A stretch of DNA of 64,000 nt, taken from the NCBI RefSeq assembly GCF_030384885.1, contig NZ_CP128613.1; one strand, 5' to 3'. This DNA comes from Escherichia coli (lineage in GTDB: Bacteria > Pseudomonadota > Gammaproteobacteria > Enterobacterales > Enterobacteriaceae). The notes beneath the pieces were generated by a model, which saw nothing but the letters and a program-made list of their open reading frames with translations, was not told the origin of the DNA and made no database searches. Both the position numbers and the translations under genes were made by a program. How positions within the stretch are numbered: position 1 is the stretch's first letter; every line of letters begins with the position of its first letter. This document shows, piece after piece, positions 1-10,104 of the stretch.

Positions 1-715
1 CTGCCGTGGTCCACTTTCCCAGCCAACTTAAAAAATCAGCATGCTCCCCTCCCGTCGGAACGGTCGAAGAGGCAAACCACTGATGGTAATAGTGACGCGT
101 GGTCGGTGCCGCATTGATACTCTCTGCCAGATGTTGTGTCGTTTTCTCGCGCAAATCACCCAGCAACAACGCCACCGCTTGCGGGCTTCCCAGACGGCAG
201 GCATCGCCAAATGCCCCCCAGCGCAACTCCTCCAGAACGATAAAACAGCGCCCAGGCAACGACCAGGCGTTATACGCCCCAGCACGCCAGCGGGTAAAAA
301 TTTGCTCACTCTGATCACCGGCCTGTACCAGTAATCCTCGTTGCGTTAACGCCTTTTCCTTCCAGCGACAACGGGCTGAAAACAACTCATACAAGGCGGC
401 AATTTGCTGCGGAAGCTCCGGGAAAGCAGAGTGCTGGCGGTGATCCATTTTTTGCAACAGCGCCAAATGTTGCTCGATCTGCGTCAGCGCCAGATGACCG
501 GGATCCAGCATCGACGCCAGTTTTTCCACCAATGTCAGACGCAGGCTAAGCGGCGCATTTAATATGCCGCCGTTCGTCCATGACTGAAGCTGCACGCGCG
601 CAAGAAGTTCCTGCATCAGTCGTTCACGAAACTGCTGCTGATGGGCTTGTGGATGGCGGGCATCATCGCCCTGCGCCAGATCCACTAAAAAGCGGGAATG
701 AATCGACTCCAGCAC
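1..715 (-). CDS. yjcZ: Uncharacterized protein YjcZ, partial (3' end beyond window edge)
   Basis: Minus-strand frame open from GTG (713-715) to position 1; hand translation VLESIHSRFLVDLAQGDD...EHADFLSWLGKWTTA. Absent from ORF track because its stop lies outside the window. Sits downstream of crfC as in K-12. Confidence 0.6.
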   Translation of the reverse strand, partial: MLESIHSRFLVDLAQGDDARHPQAHQQQFRERLMQELLARVQLQSWTNGGILNAPLSLRLTLVEKLASMLDPGHLALTQIEQHLALLQKMDHRQHSAFPELPQQIAALYELFSARCRWKEKALTQRGLLVQAGDQSEQIFTRWRAGAYNAWSLPGRCFIVLEELRWGAFGDACRLGSPQAVALLLGDLREKTTQHLAESINAAPTTRHYYHQWFASSTVPTGGEHADFLSWLGKWTTA

Positions 716-744
716 GCGACCGGGGCCGTCCAGTAACGTCTTGG

Positions 745-2973
745 TCAATATCGTTCTGCCGTGAAAAGTGTTTGAATATCATCGCGTAACAGCTGAGCGT
801 CGGTGTAAATCCAGCCATGAGTCATCACAGTCTGCTGCAATTGCTGCTGCATCAGCCTGACCACCGATTCATTTTGTTGACGCAGAGCCAGACTTTCGCG
901 TAAACGCGTCTGTAATTCCGTCAAACATGAAGCGAACTCAGCGAAAAAAGTATTCATGCCTGCCGTAACAGATTCATCGACCTGCTCTGCCAGAACTTTA
1001 GCCATTTGTTGGCAATAAAGATCGACTTCTGCGCTTAATGCTCGTTGCAACGCACTGTAATCAACCGTCTCTATCGGGGATTTCTCATTTCCCCGTCCCC
1101 AGTCGGGCTGATTCAACCAGCGCGAAAAAGTCTCACGCACAACGCCTAAACGCGTACTCTGCTCGTCCGTTGCTGCATGGCGGGAGATGACTTCACTGAA
1201 CAACTGGCGAGTGTTGAAGTGGGGAACTGCGCCGTGAAAAACAGGAAAATGAAACCCAGGACGAAACCCAGACTCGCTCAATTCCATTTTGACTTGTTGC
1301 TCAATGGGCCGAATAGCATCGGTTAACACCCGGCAAAGAGTGGATTCAAGCTCGGCAAAACGCAGCGTAAAGTCGCGACTGATGGTGTTCTGCGCCGTCT
1401 GTAACAGTGTCTCACAGCAGGTACGAATCTCGCTTAATGACCCCGAATCATCCTGAAACAACGCGGCTAACTGGGCATTCACCGCATCTTGCTGTTGACG
1501 CAGAAAGAGGTTGGCGGAGGTCAGGGCCAGCTCGATTTCATGTTTAATCTCGCCGCTCACCTGAGCCTGATTGAGTTGAAATAGCTGCAAACTTTCTTCG
1601 ATCTGGTGGATATTTTGCCGCAATTGTTCACAAGCGACGTTTAACCCGTGCGCACGAAAATCCAGGTATTCCCGCGCCTGCTGCGCGTAATTCAACAGTT
1701 TATGCGCGGCAGATCGCAGAGCATACAACGAGGCGTTAGCGTAAGCGGCATGAAGCAACGCCTGAATTGGCTGGGCGAACAGCGAATCTTCCCACAACTG
1801 ATCGGCAGCATGACGAATATGTTCGAGGTCCGCCAGGTCGGCATGACGCCAGCGCCTGCCGAGCGCGGCATGGGCAAAATCCTCCACCCAGCGTTGTTGC
1901 TCTGGCGCGGGTAACTTACCGTTGTTGGCTAACTCATTACGCGCCCGATTCGCCAGGTAGCCCCACATCGACGACACTGGAAATATCTGCTGTGGCGTAA
2001 TACAGCCTTTCATCAGCGTCCCGGAAATCAGTGCCCGCACCTGGTCGGCGTCGTCACTGTTACGATCCTGTTGATCGAACTTATTGACCAGCACATACAG
2101 CGGCACCGATTGCCCCACCGCCAAAATCGCCTCACGGACCTCTTCATCGGAGATCGATTTCAGTTGCGTATAATCCAGCACCGCCAGTACCGCCGAGGCG
2201 CGAGCCAGCTGCTGGTTAAGCATTTTTTGCAGATGCGGTTGCCCGGCTTCATTTGGCCCAGGGGTATCCAGTAACGTCAACTGACCGGGATAACTCTCCA
2301 GCCCCGCCAGATGGACAAACTCCACTTCAATCACGGGAATATGCTCAATGGCGGCGTAAGCAGAAAAAGGAAAATCGACGTCCAGCGCCTTCGCCAGTCG
2401 CACCAAATCATTCAAACTTTTCAGACAATGAAAAATAGGCTGGGCACCCAGATAATATTTTTCGAAAGCGACGCCATTTTCGATCCGCTGCATAAGCGCA
2501 CGCATATCTTTATCTATTTCCAGCACATCGGTCAGATGCTTAATATCGCAGTCACGCAGGCGCTGTTGTAATTGTTGAATTAAACCATCGATTGGCGCGA
2601 CATGTGAAAAATGCAGTACCGGTTCTTTTTGCCCGGGCGTATGACGAATAAGCGTCGGCAGCGCAGTCATTGGACGATTGCGATTAGGCAAAACCTCTGT
2701 ACCAACAATGGCATTAATGGTGGTTGATTTCCCTGCTTTCATGGTGCCGACAATTGCCAGCACCATTTCCAGTCGAGAAATTTTACGCAACTCATTATTC
2801 AGCATCGCGTGACGCTCGATGATATTAGGCTGACTCCAGGGTAAAGTCAGCTGTGGCGCATCGTCTCCGGGTATAGAGAGAGGCATTTTTTCCAGTAACT
2901 GCAACTGTTGACGAGAAAGCTGTAACAGGCGTTCAGCCTCCTGACTTAACTCATACAGGGTCTGTGTGTACAT
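745..2973 (-). CDS. crfC: Dynamin-like GTPase CrfC (YjdA)
   Basis: 742-aa ORF with P-loop GTMKAGKSTTINAIVG and long coiled-coil-like tail; AGGA RBS upstream of ATG at 2971-2973. Confidence 0.85.
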   Translation of the reverse strand: MYTQTLYELSQEAERLLQLSRQQLQLLEKMPLSIPGDDAPQLTLPWSQPNIIERHAMLNNELRKISRLEMVLAIVGTMKAGKSTTINAIVGTEVLPNRNRPMTALPTLIRHTPGQKEPVLHFSHVAPIDGLIQQLQQRLRDCDIKHLTDVLEIDKDMRALMQRIENGVAFEKYYLGAQPIFHCLKSLNDLVRLAKALDVDFPFSAYAAIEHIPVIEVEFVHLAGLESYPGQLTLLDTPGPNEAGQPHLQKMLNQQLARASAVLAVLDYTQLKSISDEEVREAILAVGQSVPLYVLVNKFDQQDRNSDDADQVRALISGTLMKGCITPQQIFPVSSMWGYLANRARNELANNGKLPAPEQQRWVEDFAHAALGRRWRHADLADLEHIRHAADQLWEDSLFAQPIQALLHAAYANASLYALRSAAHKLLNYAQQAREYLDFRAHGLNVACEQLRQNIHQIEESLQLFQLNQAQVSGEIKHEIELALTSANLFLRQQQDAVNAQLAALFQDDSGSLSEIRTCCETLLQTAQNTISRDFTLRFAELESTLCRVLTDAIRPIEQQVKMELSESGFRPGFHFPVFHGAVPHFNTRQLFSEVISRHAATDEQSTRLGVVRETFSRWLNQPDWGRGNEKSPIETVDYSALQRALSAEVDLYCQQMAKVLAEQVDESVTAGMNTFFAEFASCLTELQTRLRESLALRQQNESVVRLMQQQLQQTVMTHGWIYTDAQLLRDDIQTLFTAERY

Positions 2974-3374
2974 AGAAAATTTTTCCTTAAAGCAAATTTT
3001 ATTACTTTTATTTAGCCAGATTGTTTTTGAGTTCTGTTTTCGGCTTTTATAATTACTGCAAGAAATAATTTTATATTTAGAGTGTTGTTTTTTATTAGAA
3101 TAAATAACGTCTTCCGATACGTTTAAAACGTCAGAAAGATAAAAATATCATTTGAATTAAAAAAAGAACAAGTAGAGCATTAACCTTATCTTAAATAATA
3201 AATGGAGGCAAAAAGATTATTTTCTTTTTGCGTTTCCTTTCAAATGAAAACGATCGTCGTCTAAAATCAGCAGTACCCCCGACAAACTCAGGGATTTTGT
3301 GTATAATTGCGGCCTTTTTCGGCAATCTGCCGTTTTTTGGCGCTTTTGCCCTGCTGACTTTTGAGGAAATCCAC

Positions 3375-3710
3375 ATGTCATTACCACACTACCCAAAATG
3401 CAACTCCGAATACACCTACGAAGATAACGGCATGTACATCTGCCCGGAATGTGCCTACGAATGGAACGACGCAGAACCTGCACAGGAAAGCGATGAACTG
3501 ATCGTTAAAGATGCTAACGGCAATCTGCTGGCTGACGGCGACAGCGTTACCATCATTAAAGATCTGAAGGTGAAAGGTAGCTCTTCGATGCTGAAGATCG
3601 GTACCAAAGTGAAAAACATTCGCCTGGTTGAAGGCGACCACAACATCGATTGCAAAATCGACGGTTTTGGTCCGATGAAACTGAAATCTGAGTTTGTGAA
3701 AAAGAACTGA
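3375..3710 (+). CDS. yjdM: Zinc-ribbon protein YjdM (PhnA family)
   Basis: 111 aa from ATG 3375 with GAGG RBS; CPKC...CPEC zinc-ribbon motif. The ORF-track 160-aa version is an upstream in-frame extension that I reject. Confidence 0.85.
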   Translation: MSLPHYPKCNSEYTYEDNGMYICPECAYEWNDAEPAQESDELIVKDANGNLLADGDSVTIIKDLKVKGSSSMLKIGTKVKNIRLVEGDHNIDCKIDGFGPMKLKSEFVKKN

Positions 3711-3744
3711 TTGTATTGCTCAATGTAATATTGGCCCATGATCG

Positions 3745-3890
3745 GTAGGCCGGATAAGGCGCTCGCGCCGCATCCGGCTACGGTGCCGACTGCCTGATGC
3801 GACGCTCGCGCGTCTTATCAGGCCTACAAATTCTCGCACCATCCGGCAACGGTGCCTAATGCGACGCTTACCGAGTCTTATCAGCCCCCG
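3745..3890. repeat. REP/BIME cluster (three REP units)
   Basis: Repeated gccggataaggcgctcgcgccgcatccggc and ctgatgcgacgctcgcgcgtcttatcaggcctac palindromic units between yjdM and yjdN. Confidence 0.85.
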
Positions 3891-3949
3891 CTCATCTGTA
3901 TAATTTTCGAACTACACTTAACTGGCTTCTCTTAACTGAGGTCACCATC

Positions 3950-4393
3950 ATGCCGTTAAGTCCCTACCTCTCTTTTGCCGGTAACTGTTCCGACGCGATT
4001 GCCTATTATCAACGTACGTTGGGCGCGGAACTGCTCTATAAAATCAGCTTCGGCGAAATGCCGAAATCAGCGCAGGACAGCGCCGAGAACTGCCCTTCCG
4101 GTATGCAATTTCCCGATACCGCTATCGCCCATGCTAACGTGCGTATTGCCGGAAGCGATATCATGATGAGCGATGCCATACCGTCAGGAAAAGCCAGCTA
4201 CTCCGGCTTTACGCTGGTGCTCGATTCGCAACAGGTCGAAGAAGGAAAACGCTGGTTTGACAACCTTGCCGCTAACGGAAAAATCGAAATGGCCTGGCAG
4301 GAAACTTTCTGGGCGCATGGCTTCGGCAAAGTCACCGATAAATTTGGCGTACCGTGGATGATTAATGTCGTCAAACAACAACCAACGCACTAA
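3950..4393 (+). CDS. yjdN: Glyoxalase/VOC-family protein YjdN (PhnB-like)
   Basis: 147-aa ORF with GAGG RBS; position between yjdM and phnC. Confidence 0.8.
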   Translation: MPLSPYLSFAGNCSDAIAYYQRTLGAELLYKISFGEMPKSAQDSAENCPSGMQFPDTAIAHANVRIAGSDIMMSDAIPSGKASYSGFTLVLDSQQVEEGKRWFDNLAANGKIEMAWQETFWAHGFGKVTDKFGVPWMINVVKQQPTH

Positions 4394-4448
4394 CCCGCCG
4401 GGAGGCCCGCCCTCCCGCACTGTCATCGAATTCCCGTTAACTCTTCAT

Positions 4449-4470
4449 CTGTTAGTCACTTTTAGTTAAC
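4449..4470 (+). promoter_or_regulatory. Pho box (PhoB site) of the phnC promoter
   Basis: CTGTTAGTCAC-TTTTAGTTAAC resembles tandem CTGTCAT-type 7-bp repeats with A/T spacer, about 55-75 bp upstream of the phnC ATG. Confidence 0.6.
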
Positions 4471-4525
4471 AAAATCGTCACGATAATCCGCCACGATGGA
4501 GCCACTTTTTTAGGGAGGCTGCATC

Positions 4526-5314
4526 ATGCAAACGATTATCCGTGTCGAGAAGCTCGCCAAAACCTTCAATCAGCATCAGGCGCTGCATGCGGTTGATCTG
4601 AACATTCATCACGGTGAAATGGTAGCTCTGCTTGGGCCGTCCGGTTCCGGCAAATCCACCCTTTTACGTCATTTAAGCGGTTTGATTACCGGCGATAAAT
4701 CTGCCGGTAGCCATATCGAGCTGCTGGGCCGCACAGTCCAGCGCGAAGGCCGCCTGGCCCGCGATATCCGCAAAAGCCGCGCCAACACCGGCTACATCTT
4801 CCAACAATTCAACCTGGTGAATCGCCTGAGCGTACTGGAGAACGTGCTGATTGGCGCGCTCGGCAGCACGCCATTCTGGCGCACCTGTTTTAGCTACTTC
4901 ACCCACGAGCAGAAACAGCGCGCGTTACAGGCGCTGACCCGCGTTGGCATGGTGCACTTTGCCCATCAGCGCGTTTCCACCCTCTCCGGCGGACAGCAGC
5001 AGCGTGTGGCGATTGCCCGTGCGCTGATGCAGCAGGCGAAGGTGATTCTGGCGGACGAACCGATCGCCTCGCTGGACCCGGAATCGGCCCGCATCGTGAT
5101 GGATACCCTGCGCGACATCAACCAGAACGACGGCATCACCGTGGTGGTGACGCTGCATCAGGTGGATTACGCCCTGCGCTATTGCGAACGCATCGTCGCC
5201 CTGCGCCAGGGGCACGTCTTCTACGACGGCAGCAGCCAACAGTTTGACAACGAACGTTTTGACCATCTCTACCGCAGCATCAACCGCGTCGAAGAAAACG
5301 CGAAAGCTGCCTGA
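4526..5314 (+). CDS. phnC: Phosphonate ABC transporter ATP-binding protein
   Basis: 262 aa; Walker [13 protein letters not shown] signature LSGGQQQR; GGGAGG RBS. Confidence 0.95.
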   Translation: MQTIIRVEKLAKTFNQHQALHAVDLNIHHGEMVALLGPSGSGKSTLLRHLSGLITGDKSAGSHIELLGRTVQREGRLARDIRKSRANTGYIFQQFNLVNRLSVLENVLIGALGSTPFWRTCFSYFTHEQKQRALQALTRVGMVHFAHQRVSTLSGGQQQRVAIARALMQQAKVILADEPIASLDPESARIVMDTLRDINQNDGITVVVTLHQVDYALRYCERIVALRQGHVFYDGSSQQFDNERFDHLYRSINRVEENAKAA

Positions 5315-5338
5315 CATCCCCATCATTGAGGAAAACGA

Positions 5339-6355
5339 ATGAACGCTAAGATAATTGCCTCGCTGGCCTTCACCAGCATGTTCAGCCTCAGCACCCTGTT
5401 AAGCCCGGCGCACGCCGAAGAGCAGGAAAAGGCGCTGAATTTCGGCATTATTTCAACGGAATCACAGCAAAACCTGAAACCGCAATGGACGCCGTTCTTA
5501 CAGGATATGGAGAAGAAGCTGGGCGTAAAGGTCAACGCCTTCTTTGCCCCGGACTACGCGGGCATTATCCAGGGGATGCGCTTCAATAAAGTGGATATCG
5601 CCTGGTACGGCAACCTGTCGGCAATGGAAGCAGTGGATCGCGCCAACGGTCAGGTCTTCGCCCAGACGGTCGCGGCGGATGGATCGCCGGGTTACTGGAG
5701 CGTGTTGATCGTCAACAAAGACAGTCCGATCAACAACCTGAACGATCTGCTGGCGAAGCGTAAAGATCTCACCTTTGGCAATGGCGATCCTAACTCCACC
5801 TCTGGCTTCCTCGTCCCCGGCTACTACGTCTTCGCCAAAAACAATATCTCCGCCAGCGACTTCAAGCGCACCGTCAACGCCGGGCATGAAACCAACGCGC
5901 TGGCCGTCGCCAACAAGCAGGTGGATGTGGCGACCAACAACACCGAGAACCTCGACAAGCTGAAAACCTCCGCACCGGAGAAGCTCAAAGAACTGAAGGT
6001 GATCTGGAAATCGCCGCTGATCCCAGGCGATCCGATCGTCTGGCGCAAAAATCTTTCCGAAACCACCAAAGACAAGATCTACGACTTCTTTATGAACTAC
6101 GGCAAAACGCCGGAAGAGAAAGCGGTGCTGGAGCGCCTGGGCTGGGCCCCGTTCCGCGCCTCCAGCGACCTGCAACTGGTGCCGATTCGCCAGCTCGCGC
6201 TGTTTAAAGAGATGCAGGGCGTGAAAGGCAATAAAGGGCTGAATGAGCAGGACAAGCTGGCAAAAACCAGCGCCATTCAGGCGCAACTGGATGACCTGGA
6301 CCGCCTGAACAACGCGTTAAGCGCGATGAGTTCGGTGAGTAAAGCGGTGCAGTAA
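5339..6355 (+). CDS. phnD: Phosphonate ABC transporter periplasmic binding protein
   Basis: 338 aa with N-terminal signal peptide ending AHA-EE; operon position. Confidence 0.95.
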   Translation: MNAKIIASLAFTSMFSLSTLLSPAHAEEQEKALNFGIISTESQQNLKPQWTPFLQDMEKKLGVKVNAFFAPDYAGIIQGMRFNKVDIAWYGNLSAMEAVDRANGQVFAQTVAADGSPGYWSVLIVNKDSPINNLNDLLAKRKDLTFGNGDPNSTSGFLVPGYYVFAKNNISASDFKRTVNAGHETNALAVANKQVDVATNNTENLDKLKTSAPEKLKELKVIWKSPLIPGDPIVWRKNLSETTKDKIYDFFMNYGKTPEEKAVLERLGWAPFRASSDLQLVPIRQLALFKEMQGVKGNKGLNEQDKLAKTSAIQAQLDDLDRLNNALSAMSSVSKAVQ

Positions 6356-6367
6356 TGTGCTCGATCG

Positions 6368-6462
6368 GTCCCCTCTCCCTTGAGGGAGAGGGTTAGGGTG
6401 AGGGGGAAATGCGCACGCTGGTGCCCTCACCCCGGCCCTCTCCCACAGGGAGAGGGAGAAAA
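6368..6462. repeat. GC-rich imperfect-palindrome intergenic repeat (boxC-like), phnD-phnE spacer
   Basis: cccctctccc-ttg-agggagagggttagggtgaggg and ccctcaccccggccctctccc-acag-ggagagggagaaaa modules. Confidence 0.6.
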
Positions 6463-6480
6463 CATTAAACGGAGCCAAAC

Positions 6481-7260
6481 ATGCAAACCATCACCATTGC
6501 CCCACCCAAGCGCAGCTGGTTCTCGATCTTCAGCTGGGCCGTTGTTCTCGCTGTACTGGTCGTCTCGTGGCAGGGCGCGGAAATGGCCCCGCTCACGCTG
6601 ATCAAAGACGGCGGCAACATGGCAACATTCGCCGCCGACTTCTTCCCGCCCGATTTCAGCCAGTGGCAGGATTACCTCACCGAAATGGCCGTCACGCTGC
6701 AAATCGCCGTCTGGGGCACTGCGCTGGCAGTCGTTCTCTCCATCCCCTTCGGCCTGATGAGCGCCGAAAACCTGGTGCCGTGGTGGGTGTACCAGCCCGT
6801 GCGCCGTCTGATGGACGCCTGCCGCGCCATTAACGAAATGGTCTTCGCCATGCTGTTCGTGGTCGCCGTCGGTCTCGGGCCGTTCGCTGGCGTGCTGGCG
6901 CTGTTTATTCACACCACCGGCGTGCTTTCCAAACTGCTTTCCGAAGCGGTGGAAGCGATTGAACCCGGCCCGGTGGAAGGTATTCGCGCCACTGGTGCCA
7001 ACAAGCTCGAAGAGATCCTCTACGGCGTGCTGCCGCAGGTGATGCCGCTGCTGATCTCCTACTCCCTCTATCGCTTCGAATCCAACGTCCGTTCGGCCAC
7101 CGTTGTTGGCATGGTCGGCGCTGGCGGGATCGGCGTCACGCTGTGGGAAGCGATTCGCGGTTTCCAGTTCCAGCAAACCTGCGCCCTGATGGTGCTGATT
7201 ATCGTCACGGTCAGCCTGCTGGATTTCCTCTCTCAACGGTTGCGTAAGCACTTTATCTGA
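6481..7260 (+). CDS. phnE: Phosphonate ABC transporter permease (uninterrupted reading frame)
   Basis: 259-aa hydrophobic multi-TM ORF with no internal stop or frameshift. Confidence 0.9.
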   Translation: MQTITIAPPKRSWFSIFSWAVVLAVLVVSWQGAEMAPLTLIKDGGNMATFAADFFPPDFSQWQDYLTEMAVTLQIAVWGTALAVVLSIPFGLMSAENLVPWWVYQPVRRLMDACRAINEMVFAMLFVVAVGLGPFAGVLALFIHTTGVLSKLLSEAVEAIEPGPVEGIRATGANKLEEILYGVLPQVMPLLISYSLYRFESNVRSATVVGMVGAGGIGVTLWEAIRGFQFQQTCALMVLIIVTVSLLDFLSQRLRKHFI

Positions 7261-7280
7261 TAAGCGAGGCATTGATATCT

Positions 7281-8006
7281 ATGCACTTGTCTACACATCC
7301 GACCAGCTACCCAACACGCTATCAGGAGATAGCCGCAAAACTTGAGCAGGAGCTTCGTCAACACTACCGCTGCGGCGACTATCTTCCCGCCGAGCAGCAA
7401 CTGGCAGCGCGCTTTGAGGTGAATCGCCACACCCTGCGCCGTGCCATCGACCAACTGGTGGAAAAAGGCTGGGTACAGCGCCGTCAGGGCATCGGCGTAC
7501 TGGTGCTGATGCGCCCGTTCGATTACCCGCTCAACGCCCAGGCGCGTTTTAGCCAGAACCTGCTGGACCAGGGCAGCCATCCCACCAGCGAAAAACTGCT
7601 GTCGGTGCTGCGCCCCGCGTCCGGCCACGTCGCTGACGCGCTGGGGATCGCCGAGGGCGAGAACGTTATCCACCTGCGCACCCTGCGCCGGGTCAACGGC
7701 GTCGCGCTCTGTTTAATCGACCACTACTTTGCGGACCTCACCCTCTGGCCGACGCTGCAACGTTTCGACAGCGGCTCGCTGCACGATTTTCTGCGTGAGC
7801 AAACGGGGATTGCGCTGCGCCGCAGCCAGACGCGGATCAGCGCCCGCCGCGCCCAGGCCAAAGAGTGCCAGCGTCTTGAAATTCCGAATATGTCGCCGCT
7901 GCTGTGCGTGCGCACCCTTAACCACCGTGACGGTGAAAGCAGCCCGGCGGAGTACTCCGTCAGCCTGACGCGCGCCGACATGATTGAATTCACCATGGAG
8001 CACTGA
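7281..8006 (+). CDS. phnF: GntR-family transcriptional regulator of phosphonate operon
   Basis: 241 aa from ATG 7281; N-terminal GntR-type HTH region. Confidence 0.9.
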   Translation: MHLSTHPTSYPTRYQEIAAKLEQELRQHYRCGDYLPAEQQLAARFEVNRHTLRRAIDQLVEKGWVQRRQGIGVLVLMRPFDYPLNAQARFSQNLLDQGSHPTSEKLLSVLRPASGHVADALGIAEGENVIHLRTLRRVNGVALCLIDHYFADLTLWPTLQRFDSGSLHDFLREQTGIALRRSQTRISARRAQAKECQRLEIPNMSPLLCVRTLNHRDGESSPAEYSVSLTRADMIEFTMEH

Positions 8007-8459
8007 ATGCACGCAGATACCGCGACCCGCCAGCACTGGATGTCCGTGCTGGCGCACAGCCAACCGGCTGAACTGGCAGCCCGCCTGAAGGCGCTGAACA
8101 TCACCGCCGACTATGAGGTGATCCGCGCCGCTGAAACCGGCCTGGTACAGATTCAGGCGCGAATGGGTGGCACCGGCGAACGCTTTTTTGCCGGCGATGC
8201 CACGCTCACCCGCGCCGCCGTACGCCTGACTGACGGCACGCTCGGCTACAGCTGGGTGCTGGGGCGCGACAAACAGCACGCCGAACGCTGCGCGCTGATT
8301 GACGCGCTGATGCAGCAATCTCGCCACTTTCAAAACTTATCAGAAACCCTTATTGCCCCGCTGGACGCTGACCGTATGGCACGCATTGCCGCACGCCAGG
8401 CCGAAGTGAACGCCAGTCGGGTCGACTTCTTTACGATGGTTCGCGGAGACAACGCATGA
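8007..8459 (+). CDS. phnG: C-P lyase core complex subunit PhnG
   Basis: 150-aa ORF in conserved operon order. Confidence 0.9.
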   Translation: MHADTATRQHWMSVLAHSQPAELAARLKALNITADYEVIRAAETGLVQIQARMGGTGERFFAGDATLTRAAVRLTDGTLGYSWVLGRDKQHAERCALIDALMQQSRHFQNLSETLIAPLDADRMARIAARQAEVNASRVDFFTMVRGDNA

Positions 8460-9040
8460 CCCTGGAAACCGCTTTTATGCTTCCCGTGCAGGATGCCCAG
8501 CACAGTTTTCGTCGCCTGTTAAAGGCCATGAGCGAGCCGGGCGTGATTGTCGCCCTGCATCAGCTCAAACGCGGCTGGCAGCCGCTGAATATCGCCACCA
8601 CCAGCGTGCTGCTCACGCTGGCCGATAACGACACGCCGGTGTGGCTTTCCGCGCCATTAAGTAACGATATCGTCAGCCAGAGCCTGCGTTTTCATACCAA
8701 CGCCCCGCTGGTCAATCAGCCGGAACAGGCGACCTTCGCAGTGACGGATGAGGCGATTACCAGCGAGCAGCTCAACGCCCTTTCCACCGGCACCGCCGTT
8801 GCGCCGGAAGCCGGTGCGACGTTGATTTTACAGGTCACCAGCCTGAGCGGCGGACGCATGCTGCGCCTCACCGGCGCGGGTATTGCCGAAGAACGGATGA
8901 TCGCCCCGCAACTGCCGGAGTGCATTCTGCACGAACTCACCGAGCGCCCGCACCCGTTCCCGCTCGGCATCGACCTGATCCTGACCTGCGGCGAGCGCCT
9001 GCTGGCTATTCCGCGAACCACTCTTGTGGAGGTGTGCTGA
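8456..9040 (+). CDS. phnH: C-P lyase core complex subunit PhnH
   Basis: 194-aa ORF; start overlaps phnG stop (translational coupling). Confidence 0.9.
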   Translation: MTLETAFMLPVQDAQHSFRRLLKAMSEPGVIVALHQLKRGWQPLNIATTSVLLTLADNDTPVWLSAPLSNDIVSQSLRFHTNAPLVNQPEQATFAVTDEAITSEQLNALSTGTAVAPEAGATLILQVTSLSGGRMLRLTGAGIAEERMIAPQLPECILHELTERPHPFPLGIDLILTCGERLLAIPRTTLVEVC

Positions 9041-10104
9041 TGTACGTTGCCGTGAAAGGGGGCGAGAAGGCGATCGACGCCGCCCACGCCCTGCAAGAGA
9101 GCCGACGCCGGGGCGATACCGATTTGCCTGAACTGAGCGTCGCCCAGATTGAACAGCAGCTTAATCTCGCGGTGGATCGCGTGATGACCGAAGGCGGCAT
9201 TGCCGACCGCGAACTGGCCGCACTGGCGCTGAAACAGGCCAGTGGCGATAACGTTGAAGCAATTTTCCTGCTGCGCGCCTACCGCACGACGCTGGCAAAA
9301 CTGGCGGTAAGCGAGCCGCTCGACACCACCGAGATGCGTCTCGAACGCCGTATCTCCGCCGTTTATAAAGACATTCCTGGCGGCCAGTTGCTTGGCCCGA
9401 CCTACGACTACACCCATCGCCTGCTGGATTTCACCCTGCTGGCGAATGGCGAAGCGCCGACGCTGACCACCGCCGACAGCGAGCAAGCCCCATCGCCGCA
9501 CGTTTTCAGCCTGCTGGCGCGTCAGGGGCTGGCGAAGTTTGAAGAGGATAGCGGCACACAGCCGGATGACATCACCCGCACGCCGCCGGTTTACCCCTGC
9601 TCACGCTCCTCCCGCCTGCAGCAGCTCATGCGCGGAGACGAAGGCTATTTGCTGGCGCTGGCCTACTCCACCCAGCGTGGTTACGGACGCAATCACCCGT
9701 TCGCAGGCGAAATCCGCAGTGGCTATATCGACGTCTCTATTGTGCCGGAAGAGCTGGGATTTGCGGTGAACATCGGCGAACTGCTGATGACCGAGTGTGA
9801 AATGGTCAACGGTTTTATCGACCCGCCGGATGAGCCGCCGCACTTCACGCGCGGCTACGGGCTGGTGTTCGGCATGAGCGAGCGCAAAGCGATGGCAATG
9901 GCGCTGGTTGACCGCGCTCTACAAGCCCCGGAGTACGGCGAGCACGCGACAGGCCCGGCGCAGGATGAAGAGTTCGTGCTGGCGCATGCCGACAACGTCG
10001 AAGCCGCAGGCTTTGTCTCGCACCTCAAACTCCCGCACTACGTCGATTTCCAGGCCGAGCTGGAGCTACTCAAACGTCTGCAACAGGAGCAGAACCATGG
10101 CTAA
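9040..10104 (+). CDS. phnI: C-P lyase subunit PhnI
   Basis: 354 aa from ATG 9040 overlapping the phnH stop (ATGA... overlap); ORF-track version is N-terminally extended. Confidence 0.9.
   Translation: MYVAVKGGEKAIDAAHALQESRRRGDTDLPELSVAQIEQQLNLAVDRVMTEGGIADRELAALALKQASGDNVEAIFLLRAYRTTLAKLAVSEPLDTTEMRLERRISAVYKDIPGGQLLGPTYDYTHRLLDFTLLANGEAPTLTTADSEQAPSPHVFSLLARQGLAKFEEDSGTQPDDITRTPPVYPCSRSSRLQQLMRGDEGYLLALAYSTQRGYGRNHPFAGEIRSGYIDVSIVPEELGFAVNIGELLMTECEMVNGFIDPPDEPPHFTRGYGLVFGMSERKAMAMALVDRALQAPEYGEHATGPAQDEEFVLAHADNVEAAGFVSHLKLPHYVDFQAELELLKRLQQEQNHG

Noticed and set aside
28-334. ORF-track ORFs 28-318 (-), 41-334 (+) and 99-314 (+)
   Set aside because: They lie inside the yjcZ coding region in other frames; the yjcZ frame is open across the whole interval.
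5498-6286. 262-aa minus-strand ORF inside phnD
   Set aside because: Fully antisense to a well-supported gene; long spurious ORFs are expected in GC-rich coding DNA.
6427-7272. 281-aa minus-strand ORF antisense to phnE
   Set aside because: Antisense artefact; low-complexity H/G/D/R-rich translation with no start context.
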